Positions 1 to 12,985 of a DNA stretch of 64,000 bases are shown here, in pieces. Under the pieces are notes generated by a model. It saw only the letters and a program-made list of their open reading frames with translations. It ran no database searches and had not been told where the DNA came from. The position numbers and the translations under genes are program-made. Source of the DNA: Rhodosorus marinus CCMP1338 (taxonomy: Eukaryota > Plantae > Rhodophyta); the NCBI GenBank assembly GCA_029953675.1, contig JAMWBK010000003.1, forward strand, positions 682,001 through 746,000, read 5' to 3'. How positions within the stretch are numbered: the first letter of the stretch is position 1; every line of letters begins with the position of its first letter.

Positions 1-165
1 TTTACGTACGTCCGCAGCGGAACGTTGCTGTCAACGCTAGGCGGGTGAGACACACCCTCACACTCAAGGCCTAGTTTTTTAGTGCGGTGAAGAGCACAAG
101 AGAAGCATGGGGGTAAGCGTTCCGTCCACTCCGCGCTCAGGGGTTTTCAAACCGTGAGAATCCCC

Positions 166-3100
166 CTAGAGGAGGTGACCAAATCTTCGAAACTCTCCGA
201 CACGATCTATTCTCCTACCTCTGATTCGCACTGTACAGCGAACAACATCTTGCATTGGAATAGAAGGAGCAGGCCTTCCCTGAATGTTCTCTTCAAAAAG
301 CACACTAGTTTGCTCGTCGGTCGACGATACCTCCTGCTTGTCATCGGTCGTATACGGCAGATCAGCCAGGCATCCACGAAGTATGAAGAAACCCTTTCTC
401 GTGGTTTTGGACAAGTAACCATTTCCCATCGACCTGAAAGCAGAATCAGGCCAATCAGCCCTGACACCCAAGATCGACATGGTTCGATGTTAGTTTGCGG
501 TGGTATCGAATCGTAGTCACACCAGGATCATCGGAGCTTTCTTACCCGGGCACTAACCCTCCGATGTAGATGTAGTCAAACTGCGCAGAAATATCGTAGC
601 CAGAGCGACCAATCTTCAGCCCGCGCAGAGCAAGCGGGAGGTCAGTTGGTTTGGCGAGCTTTGTGAAGATGAAGCAGACTTCAACCCCGGAGATATTGAG
701 CGATAGAGCCGACGCCTGTCCGTTCGACGCCTCCTGTACATTGCTGATCACCGGGATGACTTTTTTCCGAGCGAGGACGGAGATGTACGACGTGGAATGG
801 ACAAGGATGAAGTCGTGTTGTTCAAAGCCTGTGGGAACAGGAGTCAGTCTGGAGTCGACGTCCTTGTTCTTCCAGAGCGCCGTACACAGAACATCCGTCT
901 CTCCCAAGTCGTCAGGAAGCTGCAGCTGGTCTTTGCTAGTGGCCATCATTCGAACCCTGTAAGTTGCCCCGAACAAGGGTGCGACTCCGGGTTGCGACCA
1001 GCTAATGAGCGATCGAGCGAACTTCTCTCGCAAACCCCCTCCATTGCTCGGAAACTGGAGAAGCAGCGGCGTCGTCGCTGGAGTGGCGTCTTCACGGGTT
1101 CTGGAAAGCGGGGAAAAACGAAACAATTGAGGCGAAGCTCGTCAATTGAAATCCAACGTCGAACCCGCGAACGACACACGCGGAGTTGCGAAGTCATACC
1201 GGGAGAATTTCTCCCCTCCAAGGAGATCAGAGCAGAGCAAGTTCATGCAAAAGCAGGCATGGGTATGGTTTTGTTACCTGTAAATAAGCCGCAATCGAGG
1301 GCTTCCTGAGGAATTGATCCTCTCCCAGGACACAAGCCCTATTCTAGGGTACTCGTACAAGATGCTTTGCGAATTGGAGACCACGAGCGATTCATTTTGC
1401 AATTCCACGAGGACAGAGTGCTTCTCTCCGCCGGGAGTAATTCTGCTTACGTCCTTCATAAACCTGTAGGATTTATTCGTCCAGTTAATTCGAAAGCGTC
1501 CTCCCACTTGTGGCATGTGTTCCCTACCGCGACCAATACAGTCATAGTCTAATTGACTGTACAATTGAGCCTTACCCATGTCCATTGCTCCTCTGTACAG
1601 GGAGGTTTAACGCCTGTCCATATCCACACAGGGCGTCCAGACAGTCCTGCCTTCCGCCGTCAACGAAATTCTTAAAATATATTCGCATCACTGACTTTAC
1701 ACCGTCCTCGAGCATTCCACGCGTAGACCTCTTCCCCGTTCTTGTGAAATCGGTCTTCAGTGCTCCGGTTCCCTGTTTCACCCGCGCCAAGTAACGCACC
1801 CCAGGAGGCAGAGACAGAAGTAACTTGTTCAGCCCGGTAAACGTTCAGAGGGTCGCCGAAAGTGCGGTCTAGGGCCACTACGCGAAGACCTTGCAAGATT
1901 CTTTCGGGTTCTACATACTGAGTACTGCTTTGATATTGAGTCGGCATTATCTGCCCAGATCCTCTTGAAAGCAAATTCGCTCTCCTCTACTAATCCGGTT
2001 TGGGCGGACCCGCAGACCATGTAAACTTGCAGCACAAGCATCGTTCTGCTGATCATGCCCTGAACGACGCCGGTCCTATCCAAGCAATCTACGCAGTTGA
2101 CCCGAAATACGCCAACTTGTCTGGTGCCCGCAGCCTTTGAAAACACCTGACGCGGAGGGAGACAGGTTGAGGCCAGGTCTCGTTTTGAGTGTCCAGAGTT
2201 GAACGAATCAAAACAGTGGAGGGGGCCATTAAAAGACCGAATTCTTACTTGCTGCCGCCGCAGATCCTCCCGGAGCATATCTTTCAGCTCCTCCAAACCC
2301 TGTTCATAGCGTCCGTCCTTCGTCTTGGCGTGAAAATCAAACGCAATCAGCCTCGGCGGAGGCTCGCACAATCCTGCATCGAGTGACATGTGGTCTTCAA
2401 AGCCGATTGCGAGTCGGCTCTCAGAGCCTTGTCCATGGAGGTTAACGTTCATCCGAACTCGTCAGATGTGATGTTTCGATTGAAGCGTGTTTTCAGGCAA
2501 TTTGAGAGCTTTGGAAGTACAGCTCACCGTGAAGGTTGACCAAAGATATAGCCAGAACCTCCCCGTACGTTGAAGCCAGGCGTTTGAAATGGGAAGTAAA
2601 CGCCACACGTGATGAAAACGTGTTTAAATCAAGCTCCGGCTCTGGCTTCGCGATCCCGTTGCTCTGTCGCCAGAAGATCGGTATTGACCCGCGAATGATC
2701 CGGAAAGATGTGAACCTGCGAAGACGATGTGGTCAGTCACACAAACAATTAACCGATCCACCGAAGTTTCCTCGTGCGCTGGGCCGAAGCAGCTACACTC
2801 GAGCGCATGGCGCTGATCTCCGTTCGCAAACTGTCTGGGACGGAAGCTTCACGTACTGTTCTGGTTGCTTGGGATCCCAAACGATCTGTTCAGTCTCGGC
2901 GAAATTTGCAACCTCGCCGTGAAAATCTGCACCTCGCGTGAGGTATCTTGTCCCAGGACGCTTTCTGGCTCTCCGGGACACCACCGTCAAGAAAAACTCT
3001 CTCCCTTCTACAGTGCACATTCGCGACGTTCCCACAAACCCATATGATAGCTTCACAGCCATGTCTGTACATGGTGGAGGTAGACCCCTAAAACGATTAC

Positions 3101-3876
3101 CAGATAACGAGGCAATCGGTCAGTTCGAGCTGAGCTTCAAGGCCAGCACTCAGCACTGGATTCGGTTACTCCTGAATGCAAGCCAGAAGCAATCCCACTT
3201 GCAACGAGCTCAACATTTCTGTGGAATACATGAGTCCGAGGGCGGAGACATGAATCGAGCGCTCGATAGTGTGGATAAGCAATTGCGAAACGGACCTGAC
3301 CAAGTTCTTCGACCACCAAAAGTAATCGTCTGCATTCGGGCCCTGCTCAGCTGCCTGCTGGCAAGACATGAATGCATCAATCTCATAGGAGAAGAAGAGG
3401 CCGCCCGATTCCAAAATTCCGAGCAGAACTTCTGCAAACGCCTTGTCCTTATCGGAAGGCTCAGCAGACGAAAGTCTTACGAGGGAAACCTTTTCGCAAC
3501 GGTGAAGTTGTTTTTAGCTCCTTTGTTTAGTTCGATGTGTTGCTCGATAGGAGGCAAGGAAGAAGAACGCCAGGCCACGTACCTTTTTGACTTTGAACAG
3601 GCGAGTGTGGGGCGTTTCCCCAGCGACAGCGACATCCGCGGCTGTAAGAAGCACGGGACAGGAAAACATATCGACAACTCCCAGAAAAGCCGATGCGTAT
3701 ATGGTCAAACCGCCCTCATTCTGTCTCAATCGACCTGGTGGAACTGCCCGAGCCGCCACTCCAGCATTCTCTTCCAGGGGAAAGGGGAACACCACCCCGC
3801 GGCCATCATCAACGTCGATCATCTCAACGCGATCCCGCAGAATGCTGAGCTCCAATTTCCTTGAAGGTCGAGCCAT
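166..3876 (-). CDS. SAC-domain phosphoinositide phosphatase (SAC1/SAC2-INPP5F-like) with a long C-terminal extension; multi-exon, 3' end uncertain
   Basis: ATG at 3876 (MARPSRKLEL). Spliced exons give SAC hallmarks GGLFFSYE, VSRRARKRPGTRYLTRG, VANFAETEQI, the intact catalytic CX5RT motif FRVNCVDCLDRT, WADNADSISKQYS and GTGALKTDFTRTGKR...FVDGGRQD. Downstream exons 1274-1585, 542-1126 and probably 166-460 continue the frame through GT-AG introns. Confidence 0.85.
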
Positions 3877-5491
3877 CCTCTCTTCTTCAAACGAGACCTT
3901 ATCCTTAGTTATTCTCCCTTCGTCTCAACTCCAACCTCCCCCCCCCCCGAAAAATCTCTCGAAACCCCTCCACCACCAGCACTTTATACCCTTCCAAAAC
4001 CCTAGCTGGAATAGAACCAGCGCCTACCCCATACAAGTCCAGTTGGCTGCCTGCGGTTTGGGTTCGGTTTCTATTGTCCCAGAGCCATGTTTAGGCAATG
4101 TTGGAAGTGATCTGACCCGGATGAAGGCTCTGATACTGAACCTCAAGCCGCTCAAGGACAACATATGAAAATATATTGATCTTGTTGGAAGGCGTTGCGT
4201 TCGCTTCCCTCACTTTGTCCCATCCGGAGTTGTACTCTTATGTCCACGTGGTGGTTTACTAAAGGCAAGACCTGTAGGTAGAAGACGTGTTCCGCGCCAG
4301 CCAGCCGTGTAACATCTGATCAAAGCGGGGTGAAAAATGGGCGTGGTAAAGCCACTAACCAAACGTAAACCCCTCAAGAGTAGGTACTTGGAACGAAGCA
4401 ATCAAAATTCTTCGGATGCACTGAGTTGTTACACTTGATCTTGTGAAAGTCGAGAAAGAAGCTCAAGAACACCCAGCAAAGAGCCTGCTTGATTGATCTT
4501 GTAGAGCGGGTGGAGTCGCACCGAGCATCAAGCGGTTGGTTTGGGTCTGTTCCTGGAGCAGCCAACCCTTTGCTCGGGAGTTTCATGAGAGAACGGATCT
4601 GGCCTAGGGAAAGGTCTTGGTCGCTTTATCTCAAAGTGGCTCAAGGACCCCTCTTCAAAAAAAAAAAACATCAGGAAACCTACTTGACCCCTCTCGTGAA
4701 AGAAGGGTGACCGTACGTTCCACACCCTGTCCATTTCAGGCGTCCTCATCTATCTACAGCCTTCGCGATGCGAGTTTCGTCCGGGAGTATCTCCAGAGCG
4801 TTCACCAGCGTAGTCTTGTTTTGCCCGAATGAGAGTATCAACGTCGTGTGCCTTGTGGGGCGAGCTTACCTGCGGGAGCATCTAGGCAGGTTGGTAGGTA
4901 TCTTCACGAGCCAGTTTCCTGTATCAGAGTATCACCGCTGCTCCAACCTCCGAAATAGTCAATCATTCTGTAGAAATAGATTGATGTTTATTGATGTTTA
5001 ATATCACTGGTGGATAGTACTTTTTAGTAAACAATAGTAAACCAGGGTTACGGGGAGAGAGGAAGGGGAAGGATGTTGCGGTCTTGAAGGCGGTGTGGTG
5101 TCTATTCTTCCGTTTTGGAATGGGATGTTGGATTTTTTCCTGCTTCCTCGACATCTGATTTGGATTTGGAAGGTCTCTCTTGAGCATTATTTTCAAGGCG
5201 ATGTCTACGGTAGATTTCTGAGAGAAAGCCCGAACCGAGGGAGCTGGAGAGAGTTTTTGTTTGGCGTTTCTAGGGAGGGGGAATGCTCGTTTGGTAAATG
5301 GTGTTTTGGGGGGGGTGGGCGGGTGAGCAGAGCGAACTTGAATTTGTTTCTGGGGGGATTTTGACAAGAGCGAGAGTTCAGTTGTTTTGTAGGAGAAAGG
5401 CGGATCCCCTTTTTCCAGCACTCCTCTTTACTATTTTTGGGGGTTTATTTGGACAGAGCTCTATTTTTTTTTGAGCGGAGACTGGACGGGA

Positions 5492-6433
5492 ATGTCCGAA
5501 GCGAAGAGGAGAAGAAGGACGGAGGAAATGGAGATTTTTGAGGATTCTAGAGGGCCGACGGTAGGGTCCCGTTCGAGGGGGTATGACGTCTCAGCGATCG
5601 ATGCTCAGGTGACGAGCGCATTGAACGGTAGTGTTGAGGGACTGTTAGGTGTTTGTACAGAGGCAGAGCTGATCGTAAGTAGTGTAGTGTTGCATCTTTG
5701 TCTGACAAAGGAGATTTCTGCTGTTGTCTGAATGGTACCTTTCTGCTCCATCCGTAAAACGTGCGTCACTCGACAGTATGCAGCGGCTGGAAAGAGTTTT
5801 CCGTATTGTATCGTCTTTCTTTTCGCTCTAGCATGCAATTCGCAATGGTAAGCGACGAGCTCCAAGCCGCAAAGCAAGCGATCGGGATGGACCCGCTCAG
5901 CTTGGAACCCTTCTGGAAGTGATCAATCTGATCGAATGAGTTCCGTCAATCACAGGGCAGATGCGAGATTTTTGATGCAAAGATGCTCGGAAAATGGTCG
6001 AGCACCTACGGAGGAGGTCGAGGACGCGTTTATGGTCGTCAGACATTTCATGAGAAACGACCGAGGGAACGCGTTGAAAGTTCTCGAGAGTAGAGTCTGG
6101 CCTGCAGAGGTGGAGCCGGTGGCTTCCAAACTCGTCGTCGTTCTTCGGACAGAAGCTCGCGAGCTGATCGAGAGGGGATACTCTTCAATTTCCGTGAACA
6201 AGCTATCGGAGATGTTAGGAACAACGGAACCGCAGGCTCGTGCGCTTGTACTTGAAGAGAGTAGCTACTATGAACCCTGGAAGCAGAGCGGAGGGTTTCT
6301 GATTCCACTGACGCCGTCAGAGTCGACGGGCAGAAGGCTAGGAATCAACGGAAACGCGAAAACCATGGAAGGCGGGTCACTTGAGGAGCTCAAGCTGCTT
6401 TCCGAAAACCTTCTGAGTCTTCAGTTTTCCTAG
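5492..6433 (+). CDS. CSN8: COP9 signalosome subunit 8-like (PCI-associated) protein, 3 exons
   Basis: Introns begin GTAAGT (about 5674) and GTAAGC (about 5848). The spliced product has ALACNSQWADARFLMQR, VWPAEVEPVASKLVVVLRTEARELIERGYSSISVNKLSEMLG and a C-terminal LEELKLLSENLLSLQ helix, matching the CSN8/eIF3k pattern. Confidence 0.7.
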
Positions 6434-6898
6434 AAATGTATGAAAAATGCGGGAGCAGGTCGACTACGTGCACAATATAATTAACGGCGCCTGGGCTCTG
6501 CATCAATCCGTTTCCAAAGCTATTATACAGGAAAACCCAAACGCGCTTGAACCGGTCCTCAACCTTCATTCTCCTCAAAAACTGACGCAAAGGAAACCAA
6601 GAAAAAAGCAAAAAAGCAGAACGCAAAGGGAGGAGGAAGCAGTGGCAACCAGCAACATCAGCTCCCAAGGACCCAACTGGGGATTTCTCTCAAGACTTCG
6701 AAGGACGAAAAAAGGCGTCCTCAGGCCTACTCGAAGAACAAACCATCGACTTTCAAGCAAGCGACGCGGTAGGTTCAAGTTTTCAGACCAGAACCGTACC
6801 AAAAGTCAGGAATCTTCGCTCTGATCCTTCTGGAATTAGTCGATCACAATGGTCAATCCGCCTACAAGCAGGCTGCCACGCTTTCAAAATGGCATTTT

Positions 6899-8086
6899 TC
6901 AAGTTGCTTTCTTGCTCTTTTCTCTCTTAAGCAACGCGCGTCTCCTGACATCGGCGTGTAATTTGTCCACGTAGGTTATCTGCATCTGGAGAGGCAGCAG
7001 GCCGAGGATCCCGCCCATGATCTCATGAGACCAATATGGGGTGGAGCTGGCTTCTCTTCCGACAACCTTCAGCGCCGAACGAACCCATGCGTCAGCCGAT
7101 GGGACCGTTAGACTCGTCCTTCGGATCTGTCAGAGCAGATTTTGCCGAATGTAAATAGATATGAGCGGTTAGCGATGGATTTTTCTTCTCCTGCTGAAAG
7201 GGTACTAGTGGACATGTATGCTTCGGTCACCTTGCTCATCGCGCTGACAACCATAAACGCCTTCAAGCTGTGAGCTGTGACACCATGCGGCGCCAGTTCA
7301 CCATTAATACACTTAGCGAAAGAATCAACAAACGCCTTGGTTCCAGAGTAGACAGAAAGTTTGGGGCCCGGTGCATCGGTTCCGCCACCTGAACTCATGA
7401 AGAGAATACATCCCTTCTTCTGCGCAATCATCGGCGGTAGGAACTGCCTCGTCATCTGGATAGAAGAGTTCACGTTCACGCGCACAATTCTATCCGCCAA
7501 GTCAGCGCTAGTTTCCATGAAGTCCGTAGGCAACTCTACGTTTACACCGACGTTGTTCACAAGGATGCTGATGTTCAGGTCAGAGAGTTGTCCCTTCAGC
7601 GAAGCATACATCTCATCCGTTGCGCTGGCAAAGTCAAAGGGAATGACTTGAACTGAAACTCCACGCTTGGAGCACTCGGCTTCGACTGCTTTGAGCTTGT
7701 CCATGGATCGCGCCATAATCACGACGTTGATTCTGGAAGAGACGAAAGCAGAACGTGGATTCCCACAAAGGAAAACAATAAGTCCGGATTCAGTGCTATC
7801 GATAGGGACTCCAAGGCCTCTGATCCCAGCCCAGTTACGCAAAGGACGCAGTTGACGACAAGGATCTAGATCCGGAATGTACTTACCCATTCGAGGCGAG
7901 CTCCTTGGCGAAAGCCGCTCCAATACCGTCCGACGCACCCGTGATCAGAGCCCATTCTCCCTTAAACCTATCCAAACCGGATGCAGATCGGATCGCATGC
8001 TTCCATATGAAAAGGAGAAGACCGGCTACGAGGTACACCGCAGCTCCGAGCCCGAGCACAATCAACACAGACGTCTCGATCCCCAT
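6899..8086 (-). CDS. KCR: Very-long-chain 3-oxoacyl-CoA reductase (KCR/17beta-HSD12-type SDR), 3 exons
   Basis: N-terminal TM segment, TGASDGIG cofactor motif, NNVG and catalytic YSGTK. The last exon reads IRRTSLTVPSADAWVRSALKVVG...PYWSH and ends KKAT* (KKXX ER-retrieval signal). Confidence 0.85.
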
Positions 8087-8497
8087 CGTGTCCAACAAAA
8101 CCTCCCTCCTGATCTAAAACTTAACCTACAAACCAGAATACCCGGAAGACAGTTGACAAAAGAAAAGAACCCCCCAGCCTGTCTCTCAATACACCTAGCA
8201 GTCCTTTATCAAGATCGATTCCTCATTTTGTCATAGCATACGCTTACCTCACCTTCCTCCCCAAACATAGTGAGAGCAAAAACACTATCACTCCACCTGA
8301 AAAGCAACGGTAAGGAAGGAACTTTTCTCACCTGGTGAAATTACATTAAAGTGTCATCAATAATTCATTCAGTATACTATTGTAGTATTGTAATACGAAA
8401 ATATTAAGGGATACAGGTTTCCTTATGGACTGGATAAGTAGATGACAGTTAAACTTATTCTAGCAAGATATTTGTACGAGGCTGTCAGTAATCTTTT

Positions 8498-8540
8498 GGG
8501 GGGTTGGGGGGGGTTGGGGGCCGGCTGAGGGTCTTGGGGG
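8498..8540 (+). repeat. G-tract array (G6-TT-G8-TT-G5-N8-G3-N4-G5) with G-quadruplex potential
   Basis: Read directly at the edge of the AT-rich island 8340-8470. Confidence 0.7.
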
Positions 8541-10442
8541 AGGTTACATATTAGACTATTGTAACTATGAGCGAGGTTTCTTCTATGCATGGGAATTCCT
8601 GTTAGAGGTGTTTCAATTTCCCTGCTTCTCTCCCCTCCACCCCTTCCGTTGTTCGATGCTACTTTCGCGAGTTTGAGAAATGGTAGGAGGGTTGTAGGAT
8701 GCGTCAGCTTTCTTTTTAAGGGGAGCTGCTCGAAATTTTGTGTGTGGTTGCATTAGGCATAGAACATCTACCCCAGCACGGATCCGCATAGCTCACGGAT
8801 TCCTTATCAACTGTTCCGGATCGTCTCCTTTAAGTCCCTTTCCCGATATTCTGTTGGGGACTGTTTTTGTTCTGGTTTCCCTCTTTCCTGGTAGTCGCTG
8901 CTGCTTCCTCTACGAAAACTTCGACCGCGGAATCGTCGATGTGGAGATGATGACGCAGAGGATGTGCAACTGGTCTGCCCCGCTGCGATCCTTCTCGCGT
9001 CGACTAGCTCGGCAGGAACGATTTCCATCCCGGTTCCTTACTGCTCGCTCTAAAAAATTACTTTATCGGGTTTCCTGGGATGTTCAGCATCATATTTCAA
9101 GCATGGACTACTGACAGTGAGACCAGCGGCTCAATCTTCGAACTTTGGAACATACCGTTCAATAGTTAGTCCGCTTTCTTTTCGTTCATCCTGAGCTCTT
9201 AATTGTGTCAACTTTTCTGGAAACCCGATTCGTATCGCAGAGCGCTAAACCGTCATTCGAGGCCTCTATCAGCATTTCATACGGCAGCTTCGCCGCTGGA
9301 AAAACTGATCCTCGTCGGAGATCATGGGTTTCCTTCAAGGGCTAAAATTCAGATGGTAACAACAAGGGCTCAACACAACGAGAGCGGACGCTGTAAGTCC
9401 CTCAAGTATTTTCACGAAAAGATGGAGCTCCTATCTAGGGCAGCAACAGATTTTAAATCCCCCAGCCAATGGCGCCCGTAGCGAAGAAGGGGTATACAAA
9501 TGGCACAAGGGGCTCCTCATTCCACATGTCACCGTGAACGAGCACATATGTAGTTCAGTACGGAACGAATCGGCTGCTTTTGGGAGAGCCCTCTACCACT
9601 GAGATTTCCATCTGGAAGCTTGAGGCTTATTGATGTTAGTCAGCAATGGTCTCGTGGTTTCCAGTGCCGTAGCACAATCATATCCCTCGCTTCGCTTTCT
9701 TTCCTGACCATGATGGATTGGCATATTGGCAAATTTCTGCTTTACGCGAAGATCGGGCAGTTTAAGAACAACCGGGTAGACCTAAATCTCGGGGCGGGGA
9801 GGGAATGGGCTATCTAGTGAAGCGCCTGTTGCCGTGTTCACTTCCAGTCCTCCCTCAATAACCCACGGCACATTGGTCGAAGATGATCAGCCATGATGCG
9901 TTCATGCACAAACTTTCCATTAGAACGAAGTGGAAACGCTGGTTCCAGCTTTTCCGTCTGGTTTCAAATGGCAATTTTTCTTTTCTTCGCAAAACTATTT
10001 GCCATTCATTATTTGTTGTGATAGAAAATTACCTACTTTTTAATGTAAAAAAACAACATTGGTCTGTTCAGACTACAAATACTTAGAAAAACTTAACTAC
10101 CTGATATCACTTCTTCATTGGTCAAATAGATATTTATATTTTACAAATATTATGACCCATTGGTTCCGTTCCGTCTTTCCGGAAATCTCCCTCGACCCTT
10201 TTCTGAACGAAAATACGTCGACGCCCCTCTCCCGCTCCCCCCCCCCCCTCTAGAAAAACCAGGATATTCCAATTTCAAAGAATAGCAAAAACTATTTCAA
10301 AGATATTTCATATCCAGCAAGCCCTCAGAGCAAAACCTGAACAAGTTCAGCTTCTCAACCACTGTTTTCTTGTCTCAATCAACAAAACGAAAATCTAGCC
10401 AATAGACACGCTTTCGTATTACTTTTGGTCAACAAATATATG

Positions 10443-10451
10443 CCACGTGTC
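10443..10451 (+). promoter_or_regulatory. G-box/ABRE-like motif CCACGTGTC upstream of the MATE gene
   Basis: Exact 9-mer in an AT-rich island about 310 bp upstream of the ATG; the same 9-mer recurs at 46241, 50584 and 50622. Confidence 0.45.
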
Positions 10452-10610
10452 CCAAAATGTGATGATATCTCAATCTATTTTCATGCAGTTTTTTATGAAT
10501 CTTTTTTAATGTATTTTTTTTGGATACTATTGGGTCGCGGCGGGACTGGCTTAACAGAAGAGGTCTAGTTGAATGTGAATGAGTGGAGACTAAGGGGGAT
10601 GGGTATGAGT

Positions 10611-10646
10611 CCCTGAAGCGTTGCTAGCCCCTGAAGCGTTGCTAGC
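10611..10646. repeat. Perfect 18-bp tandem duplication (CCCTGAAGCGTTGCTAGC x2) in the MATE 5' leader
   Basis: Direct read: units at 10611-10628 and 10629-10646. Confidence 0.95.
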
Positions 10647-10757
10647 GTAAGGATGATGAGAGTTCCTTGACTTGATCTGGAAATTTCTGAAGAGCTTGTA
10701 TGGTATGATCGGGGTTGAACAGGGTGGTGGTGTTTCTCGGCTGAAAGGTTGAGGAAC

Positions 10758-12356
10758 ATGGTGGATGGACCGAGAGTATTTGGCTTCGTGGGCCTGAACG
10801 TAGGTAGCAGTGCTCCTGCTAGATCGAAGGGATGCCTTTCGATTAATCAGCGTAGGCGAGCTAGATTTCTGACTGTTGCCACGGACAAGGCGTCAAGTAG
10901 TCAAGCGGACATTACAAAAGCTCAGTCAAAGAGTTTCGTGGATGGGCAGGACGCCATCAGAGATAGCCAAGAGGAGACACAGCCGACGTTGCTTGACGAT
11001 GTGCTCAGGAGGTTGAATGTTTTCCGGAAGACTGAGTATGATGGTGAAATTCTGAGGATGGCCTTGCCCAGCTATGGTTCCATGTTGATGGATCCTCTTG
11101 CGTCTCTCGTGGACACGTTGTTTGTGGGTCGGTTGGGGGTCCTGCAGCTTGCTGGAGTTGGCGTTGCGAATTCGCTATTTTGCTATTTCAGCTGGATGTT
11201 CTTCTTCCTCGTCGCAACAACGACGAGCGAGGTAGCTATTGCTAGAGCGACAAAATCTGGTACCGAGCAAAGTGAACGCATTTCGAAGACCGTAGGAGGA
11301 GCATTGTGGATTGCATTTACGATCGGCTTTGTATCTTTGTTTTTTGCTTGGTTTGGTGCTCCCCTTTTTATCTCTCTCTTTGGTGCGAAAGGAGGTGTGA
11401 GCGCGTTCGCAATTGAGTACCTGAGAATCCGAGCGTATGCTCTGCCAGCGCATATGTGTTTTTTTGTTTTGACAGGTGCCCTGCGTGGTTTACAAGACTT
11501 TGATTCTCCTCTGTTTGCCTCAGTGCTATGCAACGTTGCGAATGTTGTTCTGGATGCTTTCTTTATGGTCGGATTAGGCATGGGGGTTGCTGGAGTAGCC
11601 GCAGCGACGACGATTGCACAAGTGGCTTCTGTTTCTGTTCTTGGCTGGGTGGTAGTAAGAAAGGGATGTCTACGACTGGAGCACGTCTTTAGGCTTCCAT
11701 GCAAGGCCGCGAGAGACGGAATATTGCGTCCCGGAGCGGTTATGGTTATGAACGAGGTGTCCGAGAGCGTTGTGTTGACTGTAACGTCAGCCATGGCAAC
11801 TCGGATTGGCCCGGTGGAGGGCGCAGCGATGGCCCTCGCACGGCAGCTCTGGGGAATCCTAGGAGTTTTTTGGTGGCCTTTGGCAATCGTTTCCCAGTCG
11901 ATGGCTGCGAGCCTCTTTGCTGGCAAGAGCATAAAGGCAATGCGGACTGTCGTGGGAAGAATGGGGCAGATGGCTTTCTATGCTGCATCAATGGCAGGGC
12001 TTCTACTGGTTATCACCATGCCGATACTACCAGGACTATTTATCAAGGACGAAGCAGTGAAGGGCGCAACACAGCTGATTCTTCCAATTATCGCCTTGAC
12101 GCTTCCGTTTGACGCTGTGGTGGATGTGGTGGGCGGAGCACTAACAGGCTGCAAGCAGTACGCCTTTGTCGCGCGGACCATGGTGATTGCAGCAACCGTC
12201 AGCATAGCGCTACTTTTCTTTCTTCTGCATGGACTACGATTAGGCCTCCCAGGCGTCTGGATAGCCTTGGGGTGCTGTTCCTTGACGAAACTAGGGTTGG
12301 CCCTGCCGAGGTATTTCAAAATTTCCCGCTCGGTCGAGCCTGAGCCCGCGCACTAG
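10758..12356 (+). CDS. MATE family transporter with a probable plastid transit peptide (DinF/EDS5-like clade), intronless
   Basis: Single ORF with about 12 hydrophobic segments, ALPSYGSMLMDPLASLVDTLFVGRLG, YLRIRAYALP and NVVLDAFFMVGLGMGVAGVAAAT. The N-terminus has a GFV motif and an R/S-rich transit-like segment. Confidence 0.9.
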   Translation: MVDGPRVFGFVGLNVGSSAPARSKGCLSINQRRRARFLTVATDKASSSQADITKAQSKSFVDGQDAIRDSQEETQPTLLDDVLRRLNVFRKTEYDGEILRMALPSYGSMLMDPLASLVDTLFVGRLGVLQLAGVGVANSLFCYFSWMFFFLVATTTSEVAIARATKSGTEQSERISKTVGGALWIAFTIGFVSLFFAWFGAPLFISLFGAKGGVSAFAIEYLRIRAYALPAHMCFFVLTGALRGLQDFDSPLFASVLCNVANVVLDAFFMVGLGMGVAGVAAATTIAQVASVSVLGWVVVRKGCLRLEHVFRLPCKAARDGILRPGAVMVMNEVSESVVLTVTSAMATRIGPVEGAAMALARQLWGILGVFWWPLAIVSQSMAASLFAGKSIKAMRTVVGRMGQMAFYAASMAGLLLVITMPILPGLFIKDEAVKGATQLILPIIALTLPFDAVVDVVGGALTGCKQYAFVARTMVIAATVSIALLFFLLHGLRLGLPGVWIALGCCSLTKLGLALPRYFKISRSVEPEPAH

Positions 12357-12985
12357 GTATGCGGGGCCCATTGTACATAGATCACGAACTGAGCAGGCAA
12401 GTTCCAGGCGATTGCCTAAGCAGTCGTCCGCACACTCCCCGCAGAAGATAAATTAAAATGGACTCAAAGCAGGGTATGAACTAAACTTTTTGGAGCTATG
12501 TTACCAGGCGATCGACCCGGTCAAGCTCGAAACGCACCGCTCCACCCCTGAACCATCGCTTCGCTTCGCTAATCTCATCTGAACTCTTGACAACATTCCT
12601 AGGATGAAATCATTCCCTATTCAACGCAATATAGGAAACTTCTTTCTATTATTTTTCCATTGATTCTATTTTTACGACGTTTAATTTCCAGATATAGAAA
12701 TACTATCGTATGGATAGCATAGAATGGATCTAATCATCCATTGGATTAGGGCTTGGTGGCATAGTGGGACAGTGGGACAACTGAGGAGGTCAGTTCTGTA
12801 TTGAGGAAGCTGGTGAAGCTGTTGAGGTGTGATGGTCAGGAAGGATGTGGATGGTATTGTGATCAACAATGTTTCCTTTTCTGGATCTGAAGGTTGGATC
12901 AGCATCAAATCGGAGAGAAGAAGGAGGTCTTTGAGGTGGTGGGGGGGTTTGAAGGTGGCTTTGTTGTTGTTTTGCTTTGTAAGTG

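Noticed and set aside
6447-6824. 125-aa ATG ORF starting 14 nt after the CSN8 stop
   Set aside because: It is low-complexity and K/R-rich, has no promoter island and no motif, and lies in the overlapping 3' UTRs of convergent genes; probably spurious.
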